A stretch of 64,000 nucleotides of DNA from positions 25,097,175-25,161,174 of the forward strand of contig NC_092677.1 in NCBI RefSeq assembly GCF_964355755.1, read 5' to 3'. Shown here one piece after another: positions 50,424-64,000 of the stretch. A model generated the notes under the pieces. It made no database searches. It worked only from the letters and a program-made list of their open reading frames with translations, and was not told the DNA's origin. Position numbers and translations under genes: made by a program. Source of the DNA: Antedon mediterranea (lineage: Eukaryota > Animalia > Echinodermata). Each line of letters opens with the position of its first letter. Positions within the stretch are counted from its first letter, which is position 1.

Positions 50424-52083
50424 CTGTAAAGACAGAAAAATAAATTATATATTATATTACATTAATATTAAATATAATGACGACATTAGTTTACGCAAAG
50501 ATTTATATTTATACAAAGCAATGCATCGAAAAGTCGCGGTAAAATCTCTTTGTATGTGCATAAAGGACGCTACTCATGTGGGGAATTCCCTATCCCTACG
50601 TCATCATGGAAGTACGTATATAACTGTTTCTTCTATGGCAATACCTACAGTTCACTCAATATAAACTGGAAAGGTTGCAGGCGCTGTTTATGTCCAAGTC
50701 TTTTGGCCACAATGCTTTGAGGACGGTGCATTATAGTAAATGTTAAATTGAAATAAATCATAAAATTGTGTAAAAAACAGAAAACTAATTTGCTTTACTT
50801 ATCTGAAAACTTTTTGCTAATTTGTAAGTTTTTAGTTTTCATTCAAAATGTACATAGCCCTAAAAGCATGATTATAATTAAGTGTAACATTTTCAATCCG
50901 AATGTAATGTCGTCAAGACAGAATCAGACGATAAGAACACTAAGGCGGGTAGATGATAGAAAAGGGCGCTTAGTGGAGCCGATGTCGTCTGCGTCAGTTG
51001 TCGTCGTATCACCGCAGTAAGTCCGTCAAGCCTTTGTACAGTACGTGACATCTGCGTCAGTTCAGTTTTGTTTCTCTTCTCTGATACATAAGATCCAGCA
51101 AGCCCCGGGGCGTTCTAGTGACATGCCAAATACTAATTTGTTTATAGTTTGTTCATGGGTAGGGCTGAAGCATAGTGTGTGTTTATCTAAAAGACTAACG
51201 GTTACGATGAGAGCCACAAAATGCAATGCTTATTTTCATTTTATAATAACCCTCTTGTTCACCCAATGTAATTAACACCATTAGTACCCGTAGGGGGAAA
51301 AATTGGGAAGCCATAAATTAATTTGCGCCGCACCATGAAATATTTCCATTTAGGCGCGCTTACTTACCTAAATTATTTTTGTTAAAACCTGTTTCTGAGT
51401 AGCAAATTCTCTACACAAATTTAAATGTCACCCCCCCCCCCTCTCCCTCCGAGTCTAGGTTTTGGATCGACCAGGTGACGAACGATTTAATGAATCGCCT
51501 CATTTGAATATCAACACCTGGACGTCAAAACGTAAGTTGGCTTACTAGGTCTAACTAGGAATCGGTAAATGATAGGCCTACGTAAATTATACAGTTATCC
51601 ATGGCGACATCTTTTTGGGGTCGTATACCCATTCTGTCAACCCTACAGCTTGTATCAACAGTGTATTACACAAGTTCACGTATTACATCACGAACAGGTG
51701 TTGTAATAATGGTAGTCCTACCACACCATGTAGTAGTAGCGCATGTATACTAATTATACGGTACTCTTCTTCTGCTGGTGGAATTATATTCAAAGGATGA
51801 ATCAAGTACAGAAGTATGTCACTATACTATTTGTTTTTAATTTTTTTAAAATTAAATTTGTGCTGATGATCGCGTATTGTCTGGATTAACAGCGATTGAC
51901 CGTACTCGGACAGACTGCGGTTCAAGGTGTCTGTCTTCAAGAATGACCACTGGGAATGATGTCAAAAATAGTTCAGATGATTTTTATTAGGCCTATTCGA
52001 AATTAAATTAAACATAAACTCTAGTTAAATAATAATGATAATGACCATATCGTTACTAACACCATCAAAATGTAACGTTTGAT

Positions 52084-52258
52084 GCGCGTGTTCAAATGCT
52101 GATGAAACTGGTGAAGGTTTTGTACGCGCGCGTTCAAATGCTGATGAAACTGGTGAATGTTTTGTACGCGCGCGTTCAAATACTGATGAAACTGGTGAAT
52201 GTTTTGTACGCGCGCGTTCAAATAATGATGAAACTGGTGAAGGTTTTGGACTCGCGCA
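52084..52258. repeat. 42-bp minisatellite, 4 copies
   Basis: Unit 'cgcgcgttcaaatgctgatgaaactggtgaa.gttttgta'; source of ORFs 52021..52275 and 52096..52338. Confidence 0.88.
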
Positions 52259-52989
52259 TAATCGTCACTATTCATGGAAATTTTACATATTTCAAATTCA
52301 ATTGTAATTTAGGTGAGGTCGTATCATTAACTTGGTAGTAAATCGTAACATAATTTCTATTTGATTACAAAGTATAAAGTCTACTTGTGCGGCCGGTTAA
52401 ACGTCATCGATTCGCAGCACTCTACAAAGTCGACTGTGACGTTATTCAGTAAAATTATCATTTCACCGGCGTACCAGTACGCGCCCATGGCTAACCATGC
52501 GTGCCCATATGTTCGTACAAAGATATCATCTGAATGATGTTGTGTTTGGTCGGGGGGAGTAAGTAATGACCACACAACCATTTCATACAACTGGAAATGA
52601 AGTAGTATAATTTAGCTATGTGTCTTGCAGTTAGACATAAGTTCATTTGATCTGTCAGTCTGTATCTTCTTAATTCTTACACCATAGTTTAAAATATTTA
52701 GGCTGTATCCGATGACGGGTCTGCCCTGAATCACTTGGTGTGCATTATTATCTCTTCAAGATCTACACGCTAATTTTTGTTTTAAATTGAAATATATATT
52801 TTGTAGGGTAGGGTCGGCTAACTTTTTGCAAGCGTGTATACTATTTCCTAGACTTGCTCCAAGTCTAGTTATGTCGAGGCTTGTCGATGTTTGTCTGAAA
52901 TACAAGCTCAAGTAGTATACGTATGAAACGCCACTCCTCGCGTAAAGACACAAGGACCCGTTCAGGTTTTATTTACCTTGATGAATAAG

Positions 52990-53102
52990 GGTTATCGCAA
53001 ATAGCGTGCGCGACGCATGGTGCGAAGCATTTGGAAGCAAACGTCACAACGCGTACGTACGTGATTGGTCGTTCCTCGCAAAATCTAGCTATTTGCGATA
53101 AA
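52990..53102. mobile_element. MITE family D, short copy
   Basis: ggttatcgcaaatagc ... gctatttgcgataaac. Confidence 0.65.
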
Positions 53103-54236
53103 CATTATTATTACTTACCCACGAAAGTTAGTGATAATTGACTCATGAAACCAATTTTATCCCATTCGGGCATTAAAAGCCTATATGGTATATTACTTTG
53201 CCGTCTCGTTACGTCATGTGATAACCATCTAGATGCCACAAAATGTATACGTTGCATCATTAATTAGTAGTAACTGTCAATCATTGATATACTGATGTTT
53301 TAATTTTCTGTAAAACACCATGGGGCCTTATAAAAAAAATGTGACGTAATTACTAAACTAGATTGTCCCACAGCCTTATTTCGACATAATGTGATACTGG
53401 TGACAAGTATGTGTGACAAGTATACGTTACATTTCTAGATGTATATCGGTGTTGATAAAAGTAGAAGCAGTCTTCCATTTTTGTCGGATCCTTTATGAAA
53501 TTGGCACTTTAAATTAATAATGTCTCTTGCATGCTGGTTCTAGGCAGAGCTGATTGCGACAATTGTTTGGTGACAGACATATGCCGGGACGCATTTCACC
53601 CGTGTTGCTTGACGAATTTGCAAACGTGTTCAAAGTATTTGGCCTAGGACTGTGATGACGTATTTGGTACCCATTGCTCAGTTTAAAACCCCTAACTCCT
53701 ACAGATTTGCAATTATGATCAAAATGATATCGCTTGGAATCATGACGTCATGTAAAAAGATTGAAAAAATTAGTACATAGAACCAACGGGAAGATCTCTC
53801 CTATTACATTTAATATTATATCAAGTTAGAAACTGACTCAGTCTTTTGACCCAAAGTTTTCAAAATTATTTACTTGCATTTTTGATCCAGTTTAATCCTT
53901 TTTTAGTAACTCTAATATTTATTTTAAATACCATTGCATCTCACTTGTTTTTTTTTATCTTTTAAAAATCACGAAGAGATTAGTTTTGATATAAAAGCAA
54001 AACAAGTTTTGCAAGCCATGACTTTTGAAATTGAAACTATTTTTTCGTACTGTTGATAAGATATTTTTGTGATGTTGCGTCTGTTATGTAATTATGATAA
54101 GATTTGTTTGCTTTCATTTTATGCGATTATAATAATATTTAATTAGTACTATTTACCAGTACATACGTCACGACTAGACAACACATTTTGTCTCGGAGGT
54201 TTTCAGTGTGTAATCAGAATGTGATGGCACTATATT

Positions 54237-54389
54237 AAACTCTGTCAAACTTTATGTGACAAAAAATGTGATGTGCCCATATATAGACATGATGATGTCA
54301 TATCACTACCATATTTGGGCATATCACTACCATATTTGGGAATATTACACTTTTTTTGTCAAACTAGTTTGATGGTGTAGACAAAGCTT
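54237..54389. mobile_element. MITE family A copy
   Basis: Left TIR partly deleted; right TIR tttgatggtgtagacaaagct. Confidence 0.65.
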
Positions 54390-54434
54390 TAGTATAGTTA
54401 TACCGTTACGTCACGTCACCAATATGCACACTAA

Positions 54435-54903
54435 AGCATGGTTCTAACTAGAACGCAATGCAGCAACGTATTGACGCAAAGTGCTGTATTGCGTAATCAC
54501 AAGTGGGAACCGACGTTGCACTAGTGCTGCAAACATCGCAGGTTTGATTTCACGCAGGCGGGGGCAAACACAATTATTGGAAGGGCATTTTCTTCCGTTG
54601 CGTAGGTTGCGTTACGTTGCGTCGCTAGTGGGAACCACGCTTTACCCTGTGTAATACGTAGTATATGCACTTTTAGTGTAAACACTGTTATTACTAAAGC
54701 TTGGTTCTCACTAGCGACGCAACGTAACGCAATCTACGCAACGTAAGAAAATTCCCTTCCACTCATTGTGTTTGCCCCCGCTGCGTGAAATCAAACCTAC
54801 GATGTTTGTAGCACTGATGCGTCGTCGGTTCCCACTTGTGATTACGCAATACAGCACTTTGCGTCGATACATCGCTGCGTTACGTTCTAGTGGGAACCAC
54901 GCT
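54435..54903. mobile_element. Two family B MITEs (54435..54641, 54698..54903) in inverted orientation
   Basis: Each has TIRs with TAA/TTA flanks; the second is a close reverse complement of the first; 56-bp spacer. Confidence 0.8.
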
Positions 54904-54968
54904 TAACGTTACCGTAATACCAGATTTTATATGTTTGTTTATCATGATATTATGCTGATTTTTCATTG

Positions 54969-55157
54969 TCATATTAATATCGAAATTATTGATAGCGAGT
55001 GTGCTCTGAAAATGACCCTGTCAAAACTACATATTAATATCGAAAATATTGATAGCGAGTTTGCTCTGAAAATGACCCTGTCAAAACTACATATTAATAT
55101 CGAAAATATTGATAGCGAGTTTGCTCTGCAAACGACCCTGACAAAACTACACGTTAT
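54969..55157. repeat. 60-bp tandem repeat, about 3 copies
   Basis: 'atattaatatcgaaa' at 54971, 55031, 55091. Confidence 0.88.
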
Positions 55158-56339
55158 ATTTGCGGATAACTCGATGTAACACAGCGATGTATACGATGGT
55201 ATAGCAAACAATACCACGTGTGTTTACTAAGTATCAAAGCAAGAAGTTGAGATTAGACAAATACGGCGAATCATCAAGTGCTTCTAAAAATAGTGGCATT
55301 GTACGAATACAATCCATTGTGTTGGAATCGATTCCACCAGTAATACGATAACTGATATCCAATGCCAATATACAAATCAATTTCCTTTATTTTCTTTAGG
55401 TAATTAGCAAATGTATTTATCTTTTATTAAGAATAACTTGCATTCATTTGATGTTTTCCAATATCTTTGGGTATCATAGTTTCGTTTTGATGACGTCAGC
55501 AGTGGTTGAGCTGGACAACCCTGGAAACATGAGTGCTGTCTTTGATATAATCATCCAAATAATATAGTTTGTTGACGCCTTGAGGAGACAACTATAAATC
55601 TATACTCCTTTTGTAAACAGTAACTCATTAATTATTCATAGTTTTTTTCAAATAACGTTTTCCATCAGAATCTTTGTACTGTATCTCAACATTTAATATG
55701 TTATGTACAGTAATATAGGAACATTCCGTAATACAGTGTCGTGTATTGTAGTATGTGGCGACTGCATTATGGTTAAGCTTATGACATGATACAGACGTCA
55801 CATAGCCATATTATGCGACACTGTGTTGCAGAATTTGCCTGATACTGGGCAAGTGATAGTACCAAGAATGCTAATTGTTAACCGTATGAAAACCAGATCC
55901 ATGCGAAGGTCGAGGTTTGTTTATTAAAGAGGTTTTTTTTAATGTCAATTTTAATATTTGTCCCCGTATTAGATTCCTATCACAGTATACTGAATGTCAC
56001 AACACACAGAAGTGCTCGTACAAAAGATGATATTCTTAATCAGCGCGCGTGCTAGCCTTGGTTCCAGACGGAGTTTTGACTTAATATTAGTAAAAAGATG
56101 AATATTTTGGCACATATGGCGTTTCATACGTATACTACTTCAGAATTGGGGCAAGTCTACGCCCGTGCGTGCGTCTATCTCTTTGTAGAAGTATAATCTA
56201 TCGAAGAACAAGGTTAGAGGTTAATTTCACCTGTATGTCTGACCTTAATGACACGACTGAAAATTGCGAGTCTATTTATAATACGTAAACTTAATTAGTC
56301 TGTCGGAAAGGGGAGGTGATAACGCTGAGCGAGTTCATA

Positions 56340-56616
56340 CTTATAACGGAAGCCGTTCGTCTCAAGCGTGCTAGTTTTTGAAGAAAAAAAACGTAATTAA
56401 AAAATCGCTTGCTATTTTAGAAATGTCACTGAACACAATGAAATAAGTTATCCCAGAAAAAATGTAACGCTGAGCGAGTTCATACTTATAGGCCTAACGG
56501 AAGCCGTTCGTCTCAAGCGTGTTGCTAGTTTTTGAAGAAAAAAAACGTAATTAAAAAATCGCTTGCTATTTTAGAAATGTCACTGAACACAATGAAATAA
56601 GTTATCCCAGAAAAAA
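56340..56616. repeat. ~145-bp tandem duplication
   Basis: 'taacgctgagcgagttcatacttata' at ~56320 and ~56465. Confidence 0.8.
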
Positions 56617-57588
56617 TTGGTTTATTTTTTTCATTCGATTTAATTTCAATTCCCCAGGGTAGCTAAAATTCAGCTTTATCCAGGGTAGTCGTAACTCACC
56701 TGATCGATAGTTGTGAGATTCGATAAACAAATTAAATATCAAATACTATTGATGACAATGTACAATTATGTCACTTTGTCACTGTTGACTGGTTGCACAT
56801 CACATGACATAATCTTGGTTTTATATGAATGTGTACGGTGGTACCTTTCCATTTGATGGTAGGCCTATTGTGTTCTCACTAATGTTTCTCATCTGAGAAA
56901 TTACAGTTGTGTTGTTGCTGTGTTTAGTTTCATTTTTAATAAATAAGTACAGACATTTAATGTATTTATAAATAAACGTATACTGTACATAAATAAATTG
57001 CAATTTAACATCCGTTTTTTAAAGCTGTTTTACAAAAACACTTAGGCCTAATACAGTTTTGTTTTGGATTTAATACTGTTTGCCATACTACTTGCTGTTG
57101 AGACGCGGTATTCAACTCGGGTCAGCAGTCAGTTTTTATAATACGATTGATAACTTACCGTATTACTAATGTAGTCCTAATACTTATTATAAAGCAAAAA
57201 CAAACAAAATACATGAAACAGTGTTAATCCCAATTTTAATCATGTCCTCCCAGGGGGCGGTGTCCAAGTATAACTGCACATGCGCACTATTGGAATAATT
57301 TGAAAGATTTCTGGGTCAGCAAATCCACAAAACTACAAGCCTATCCAGCGCACCACATCCACCCCATCCTAGACTACTAACCTTAATGGCCGCAAGCTAT
57401 GAATTTGTTAATCAAATTAGTATTACGTATATGGGTCATGTCTGCATTTAAAGGATTTATTATAGAGGGGTTTTTTTTCTAGCTAGGCCTACATATTATC
57501 ACATCGTAAACAACTATTAGAGACATCGATTTGGAGGATCTTAGTCAAATTTCACCTTGTTAAATCACTATCTTCATTCATATGTTAA

Positions 57589-57954
57589 AGGGTAGCTCCG
57601 GCTTTGAAATTGTTATTGTTTATTATAGAAAAATATAAACCTTTGTATCAATATTGATAATAACCCTACTTATTTTCCTACAGCTGTGACGTACCGATGA
57701 GCGTCGTGAAATTAGCCCCTTTAAACATAGTTTACACAGGACCTTTTATTACTGACGGAGTATAAAGCTCTGTCCACACTATCAAACTTTATGTGACAAA
57801 AAAATGTGATGGGCCTATATATGGACATGATGATGTCATACCGCTCCCATACTTGGGTATATCACTACCATATTTGTGCACATCACACTTTTTTGCTAGT
57901 TTGATAGTGTAGACAGAGCTTTAGATAGGTAATTCACCAACACGGAGCTACCCT
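57589..57954. mobile_element. TTAA-flanked MITE (Kolobok-like) with a nested family A MITE at 57766..57921
   Basis: TTAA|AGGGTAGCTCCG...CGGAGCTACCCT|TTAA; inner element has full family A TIRs. Confidence 0.78.
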
Positions 57955-58018
57955 TTAATGTTGGTTTTATTCTATTTTTTCATTCAGAAATGCAAACAAG
58001 ATGACAATTAAAACTTAC

Positions 58019-58190
58019 CCAGAAGACATCCATTCGCCGTTGATGTGTGGCGGCGTGATTGCTGTGACGTCAGAACTCCTAATTTGCTGTAACCCCCTGG
58101 CACAACAATCGATCATGTGTTCGTATGTCGTCACAGAATCGGAGACACGAACGCCAACTTGTCGACACTCGGCGACACAAATCAACAACA
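58019..58190 (-). CDS. APCDD1: APCDD1-like exon: xLLICVAECRQVGVRVSDSVTTYEHMIDCCARGLQQIRSSDVTAITPPHINGEWMSSG
   Basis: cctttcacag acceptor (phase 1), GG|gtaagt donor (phase 2) joining to T-TGT-GAA; PP.I.G.W.S.G-CEVR motif; starts with the end of a signal-peptide-like stretch. Confidence 0.88.
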
Positions 58191-59406
58191 CTGTGAAAGG
58201 TAAATTAATTAATTAATTATTATGTACGTTTAATTTAGCATTAACGCGTTTAATTTTTGTTTTGGTTCAGGCGAACTAACATGCGCACGTCTTTATGACG
58301 TCACTGAAATCAGGGCACTGCTCATCACAAAACTCCCTTGAAAAACGATGGATACTCGGATACTCGATTCATGGTTGAGCGCAGGCCTAGCTGGTGTGTG
58401 TTTAGTTAGACAAACGACCATTTAATACCCTGCAATTATGTCTTTTAAAAGTTCATGAACAACCTTACAGCACCTGTTGTTGAGTATTTCATAAAGGTCT
58501 AGGCCTGTTGGATTTAGGAAGAAAAAAAAGAGGTATAGCATCCCCTTCGACTTCAACAGGAAATTAGGCCAAGTGCAATGTATGATATTTAGTAATTTAG
58601 CTAAGAACCAGGTAGATAACGTTGGTTGTTGCCTGGACTATCGAAACCCGAACAGCAGCCAAATAGGATGATGACGGAACGGAAGCAGCCCTTTCCTAGG
58701 TGGTGACGCACGGTAACAGACTTCTACACACATACAACAACCGCTCAAGTACAAACTCTTAACCTTGTTTCGTGCTGTATGACAAATTATTTACTTTACC
58801 GGGGGGAATTGAGCATTTTGGTGTCATCCGCCAGCTTAACTAGGCGTAGCAGCACGTACGGTCGCATTGGCCCGTGACCAGGGGCTTCCAAGATACTCGT
58901 GGGAGTTGCCAAAATCTAGGTCTATATTCTTATAATACGTACGAACTACGATTTAATCAGAGCATCGGGTGTTTAGATTGTTAGAAATTAGAATTAGGGA
59001 GCTGAGATAGACATACGACAAGACTTATTCTTCTATGCAATGGAAATAGGGGAGCGAGAATAGGGGTAGACCTACACAATTATTCTTTCCTCTTTATTTA
59101 ATTTTGTTCTGAGGGCAACATCCGATCTTCGGTCAAAAATGCCTTACAAACAGAAGGATTTTATAAACAGTTCTATAAAATATGAATAGGCCTACATTCC
59201 CTGGTCTGGAATTATTTTAATCTTACGAAGGTGTCCCCTGCATAGGGCTCTACTGTGTTTTAATTTAATATTTCCCCCTGTTATTCAAATTACTTGGTTA
59301 GTTACGGTAATTCCTTCTACTTTCACATTGTTAGCCGTAAACATTCTCCTGCTGCACCGATTGCTCTGCTCCACATATTGTAGTTTGGACATCTGACCTA
59401 ATGATA

Positions 59407-59538
59407 AGCTCTGTCTACACTATCGAACGTTATGTTATGATGTCATATTACCATATTTGGGCATATCACTACCATATTTGGGCATATCACTACCATATTT
59501 GGGCACGTCACATTCATTTTATAGTGTAAACAGAACTT
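59407..59538. mobile_element. MITE family A copy
   Basis: agctctgtctacactatc ... atagtgtaaacagaact. Confidence 0.65.
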
Positions 59539-59812
59539 TACTGACATTTAGTTTCTACTTAAAATGACTGTTATTGATAGGTATGTTATCGCAGTTCCTG
59601 CACTGTTAGTTGGAAGTGTTTAACACGTCAATAAACTCGCTGAAATCAGAATTAAATCAGCACATTACGTCGAAGTGTATTACTGAAAGGGCATTCGCAC
59701 GGGGTCATGTTATAGAGCTTCACCCTCTCTCCCCCTTCGGATTCTAGTGAAACTTAAGTAAAAAGTGAAAGAAACGTTTGTTTTATGCTCGTGGTATGAT
59801 GCATGTTTTGAG

Positions 59813-60291
59813 AGATATTGCTGAATCAGCATTTTATCGACAAGTGTGCATTTTCATCGTGTGAACAGGTTTTCGATCGTGTGAACCAGGTTTTTGTATC
59901 GTCTGAACCAGATTTTTGTATTGTGTGAACCAGGGTTTTGTATCGTGTGAACCAGGGTTTTGTATCGTGTGAACAGGTTTTTGTATCGTGTGAACAGGTT
60001 TTTGTATCGTGTGAACCAGATTTTTGTATCTTGTGAACCAGATTTTTGTATCGTGTGAACCAGGTTTTTGTATCGTGTGAACAGGTTTTTGTATCGTGTG
60101 AACCAGGTTTTTGTATCGTGTGAACCAGGTTTCACTGATATCACTTTCCTGATGAATGTTTTGTAAGATATTGCCGAATCAGCATTTTATCGACAAGTGT
60201 GCATTTTCATCGTGTGAACTGATGTTTGTATCGTGAGAATCATGAGCTTTCACTAATATCACTTTCCTGATGAATGTTTTGTAAGATATTG
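59813..60291. repeat. 20-21-bp minisatellite (TTTTGTATCGTGTGAACCAGG) inside a duplicated block
   Basis: About 13 units at 59856..60130; flanks repeated at 60166..60291 with only ~2 units. Confidence 0.88.
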
Positions 60292-60628
60292 AATAATTAT
60301 AATTTATCGACAACTGCACATTTTCATCTCACATGTAAACAGTTGTTACTTGTATCTCCGTGCGATTTTGGGAAATTCCTGGAACTAATGTTACGCTTAA
60401 TGGGTTTATTAATGTGTACATCTTGGTGTACTTTGCTAGTGAGAACCAAAATGTTTATACAAATTGTATATTAACTGCAAGTTTTAAGGTAAACAAAAAT
60501 AAGTCAAAACTTTGTACTCTTACATTCTTTAGGAAGATCCACTTATGTTTACCATAAGAATAAAGAAACGTATTTTTCTCTTTCTAATGTCACATTGCGC
60601 GTGCACGATCATTTCATCGTTATCCGTA

Positions 60629-60862
60629 AGCTCTGTCTACACTAACAAACTTTATGTTACAAAAAATATGATGTGCCATGATGTCATATCACTACCATAT
60701 TTGAGCATATCACTACCATGTTTGGGCACATCACACTTTTGATAGTGTAGACAGAACTTAAGTAAAGGTGTCCCTGACTAGGAGTTGGCCGTAGTGTTAA
60801 AACATATGTTTGATGCTGTGTATTATTTGTTTGTATGGCATTTGATAGTGTAGACAGAGCTT
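60629..60862. mobile_element. MITE family A copy (60629..60759) plus an extra right TIR (60840..60862)
   Basis: TIR matches. Confidence 0.65.
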
Positions 60863-61267
60863 TATCAAGGAAGCGTTGATATGTTGTAAGCGTCATATGT
60901 TAGATGTCATTAAGTTGTAACGCATTGCTGTTCATTCATTGGAAATGATTTTTCCGGATAATTAATGAGTCGAATCAATCAGCAATGATTAATTAATGAG
61001 TTAATCAAACATAAGGAAAGCGTAAGGAATCATTCAACTGGAACGATTGTTTGGTGAGAAAAAGTTCGCGAGGAACTGTCGACCGAGAATACGGAACTGT
61101 TATGGGACCTGGCAGTTTGTATAGAAAGATGATATATCTCACAGTACCATAACTTTAAACAGATACAAACTCGAGTGTTCGCCCAGCGATGATGGTGACA
61201 TGTACTTGTTTGTTTGAGCTCTGCGTGCACATTTTATTTAAATTTAAATGGCTGTTTACAGCTCTGA

Positions 61268-61464
61268 GCTGTCTACACTATCAAAAAAAGTGTGATGTGC
61301 CCAAATGCCCAAATATACGTAGAACTAGTTTGACAAAAAACTGTGATGTGTCTAAATATGGTAGTGATATGCCTAAATATAGTAATGATATGACATCATC
61401 GTGTCCATGCATTGGCACATTCACATTTTTTTGTCGCATAAAGTGTGATAGTGTAGACAGAGCC
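61268..61464. mobile_element. MITE family A copy, rearranged
   Basis: gctgtctacactatcaaa ... tgatagtgtagacagagc. Confidence 0.65.
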
Positions 61465-64000
61465 TAATATTGTGCTGATTAGTTTTCTCCAACACAAGAG
61501 CATTTTTTATAATTATTTTTAACCCAATTTGAAAATACGAAACAAAATGTACCGTCTTTCAAGTAAAGTTAATTAAAATGCTTAAATAAAGTTAACTTTT
61601 TGGCTCCAATTATACCTAGAACCACTAATTGTTTTGTCGGTTTTTTTTAAACAAGTTTCAGCGAAATAAGTAGGTCTTTAGAGTCCTTTGGAAACACACG
61701 AGTAAATAAAAACTGACGCCAATCTAATTTTCCTTAAAGCCAATGTATACATTTTCCATTCTTAAATCTATTATTTAAACAAAAAGAAAACAACGATATA
61801 TTCCCGTGAGATGGATTTTAGTGCATAAAAGAAAAAGTATTTATTTATATTTTAACAAAACGCATGTTGTTTTAAATCGCCCACGACAAAATGAAGTCAT
61901 TTTACCATAATATTTTATTTTAGGATAAAACGTTGCTAATGGTGAAATAACAACGTGTGGGCTAAACAATAACTTTTATGAAACAAAATACACCATATGA
62001 CAGAAATTTAGTTTTTTATAGGTTATTATTATTTAAACAAAGTGTTTTCTTTTTTGTATACCTCGCAAATACAACTATTTTTAAGGAACATTTTAAAGGG
62101 TTGTTTAATTTTGATTAAGACTATGCCATTGGCGTTTGATAACAATTGATGAGTGGGCTAAAACATAACATTTAGGAACTTTACACCAATGAATAAGCAA
62201 GCGTTAATGTTGAGTTTAGGATTTGGGACCATTGATGTACCGATGAAAATAAATTTAATATTATTTTGTTTAGGAAAGTTTCTGGGTTAAGCTGAAACTT
62301 AATACTATTAAATATACAGATTCGCAGTATATTATTTTTCGTTTCCTTTGGAACGCTTCCTTTGGAACGCTTTCTAAGTGTTTGTAACGGATTGTACGAG
62401 TTTGGAACGCGTTGTTTATACCCAAAACCCTACATATTTTATGAGACTTAAAACATTTCAGATTCGGACATTTTTATTTAAAACTTAAATAATTGTGTAT
62501 AATATGTACAAATATCAATGAAATCGAAATAAAGGTGAGTGAACCTCACAAAAGACAAAACTGGTTGTACAGTTATTTACCAAATAGTTTAATTTAATAA
62601 TTGAATTTAGGTCTAGTTTGGCTTTAAAAAAAAAATGTTTCCAGACTGTTTACTCCCTCTCGCGTAGGTCGTTAGTAAAAGCTATCTTGTAAATTTGTTT
62701 CTGAAAAACTGTAAAACGTTTAGTGTGTATCCAAACTTGATAACATCAAATGAATAAAAATCAAAATTAATTTAGGCCTAAACAAAATTAGAATAAATAA
62801 ATTAAATAATTTACATTTTTTTATCAGTGTCTAACGGACTAATACAAAAGTTCACGGACGTTGTGAGTATAAACATTTAAAGATATTGCTATGATTTCGT
62901 GTGAAACGTAGATTTAGGAAGAATTTATAAATTAAATACGTTCACTGAAGTTTATGTTGTTGAGATTATCAAACGTGTAAATCGTAAATATTCCATTCGT
63001 GTACTGTTAGTTAATCTTTGGTTTAAATGCTTATCTTTACTACATCAAATACGTGACTATATTCAACAGTAGCTGTGTATTCCTCACGAATAACTTGCTT
63101 TTTAATTAGTTAACGGTTCATCGGGAAATCCAGTAGGCCAAAACTACTTATGCGCTGCTCTGTTAATTTCATCATAGACATTTTGTGGGTTTGTCAGAGT
63201 GCAAGGATAGAACAATTTACTCGATATTTGTAATGTTGATGGTTTAGTTTATTGGTAGGGAAAAATGGAACCAATTGATTTGAGGGTGTGATTGTTTGTC
63301 GAGGTTACGAGGAAGTTATGCTCCAAACCGTGTCTATAGGCACGTATACAGACGTTATTATTGGCCCGCAAGCGCGAAATTAGTGGCGATGCTAAATAAC
63401 ATAATTTGTAAGTACCGATCATCTTGAGGCAATAATATAGTTTTATTATACGTGGGAAACTTTATTTGCCGACGAAACTTTTATAAGAATACAATGTTTC
63501 AAATTTACCGATAACATTCGTATTTCGTAAAATATTGATAACTTATCCCGATTTTAAACCGAATTGCTTTGGTAGTTTATTTTCATGTATATGATTTTTT
63601 TTAAAGGTCGGTTATGGTTGTCTATATAGTTATTGCATCGTCCTTTTTTTAACATCGAGCGGGTGAACAAATCGTTTGATTGCACAGATTATTTTTTAAA
63701 ACAATAAATGCATCAATGATATTGCCTAACCCTATTGATTTACCGCAACAATTATTTAGAACATCTACCTTTGAATTTGCGGGTGACTTAGAGAGATTAT
63801 TCTTAAACAGTATAATAGAAAAAAAGCCATCAATATTGTAGCTCCTGTGAATGTTTCGTCCCTGCGGACGCGACCTTTTGCCGGTTCATTACGATACGGC
63901 ACATGGGTTGACAAATTAACCCTTTTACAGTGTATATAATAATCGCCTATGGGACGCGAAATGATTTGGGCTGAAAAGGCAGCAACTTTAATAATTATAA

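Noticed and set aside
52021-52338. His/Gln-rich repeat protein, or tandem CTGATGA hammerheads or snoRNAs
   Set aside because: 42-bp minisatellite with open frames by chance; no stem II plus GAAA geometry or C/D box pairing
59854-60144. 96-aa FTRYKNL repeat protein
   Set aside because: Translation of a 20-21-bp minisatellite

Overview
AT-rich, intron-containing animal DNA, probably from a marine invertebrate deuterostome; the taxon is an inference from the SINE types and the patchy CpG content. Two spliced protein-coding genes can be rebuilt by hand, both on the minus strand. One is a complete 7-exon TANGO2 (NRDE-family) gene (CDS 4587..945, 888 nt, 295 aa). The other is the last three coding exons of an APCDD1-like Wnt inhibitor (58190..36536); its signal-peptide exon was not found. 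Almost all other ORF-track entries look like chance or repeat-derived ORFs. The rest of the window is dense with non-autonomous elements: Harbinger-like and TTAA/Kolobok-like MITEs, a 2.4-kb Helitron, 5S- and tRNA-derived SINEs, Penelope-like ends (one with a minimal hammerhead-like motif), LINE tails and many minisatellites. I cannot support a claim of a wholly new biological system. The best leads are a RhoB-like lipidation tail (NCCKTL*) and a possible in-frame N-terminal extension on TANGO2, a GPI-like tail and altered cysteines on APCDD1, the hammerhead-like motif, P-element-like micro-footprints, and an apparent CpG domain boundary. All comparisons with human proteins and repeat consensus sequences are from memory, not database searches.
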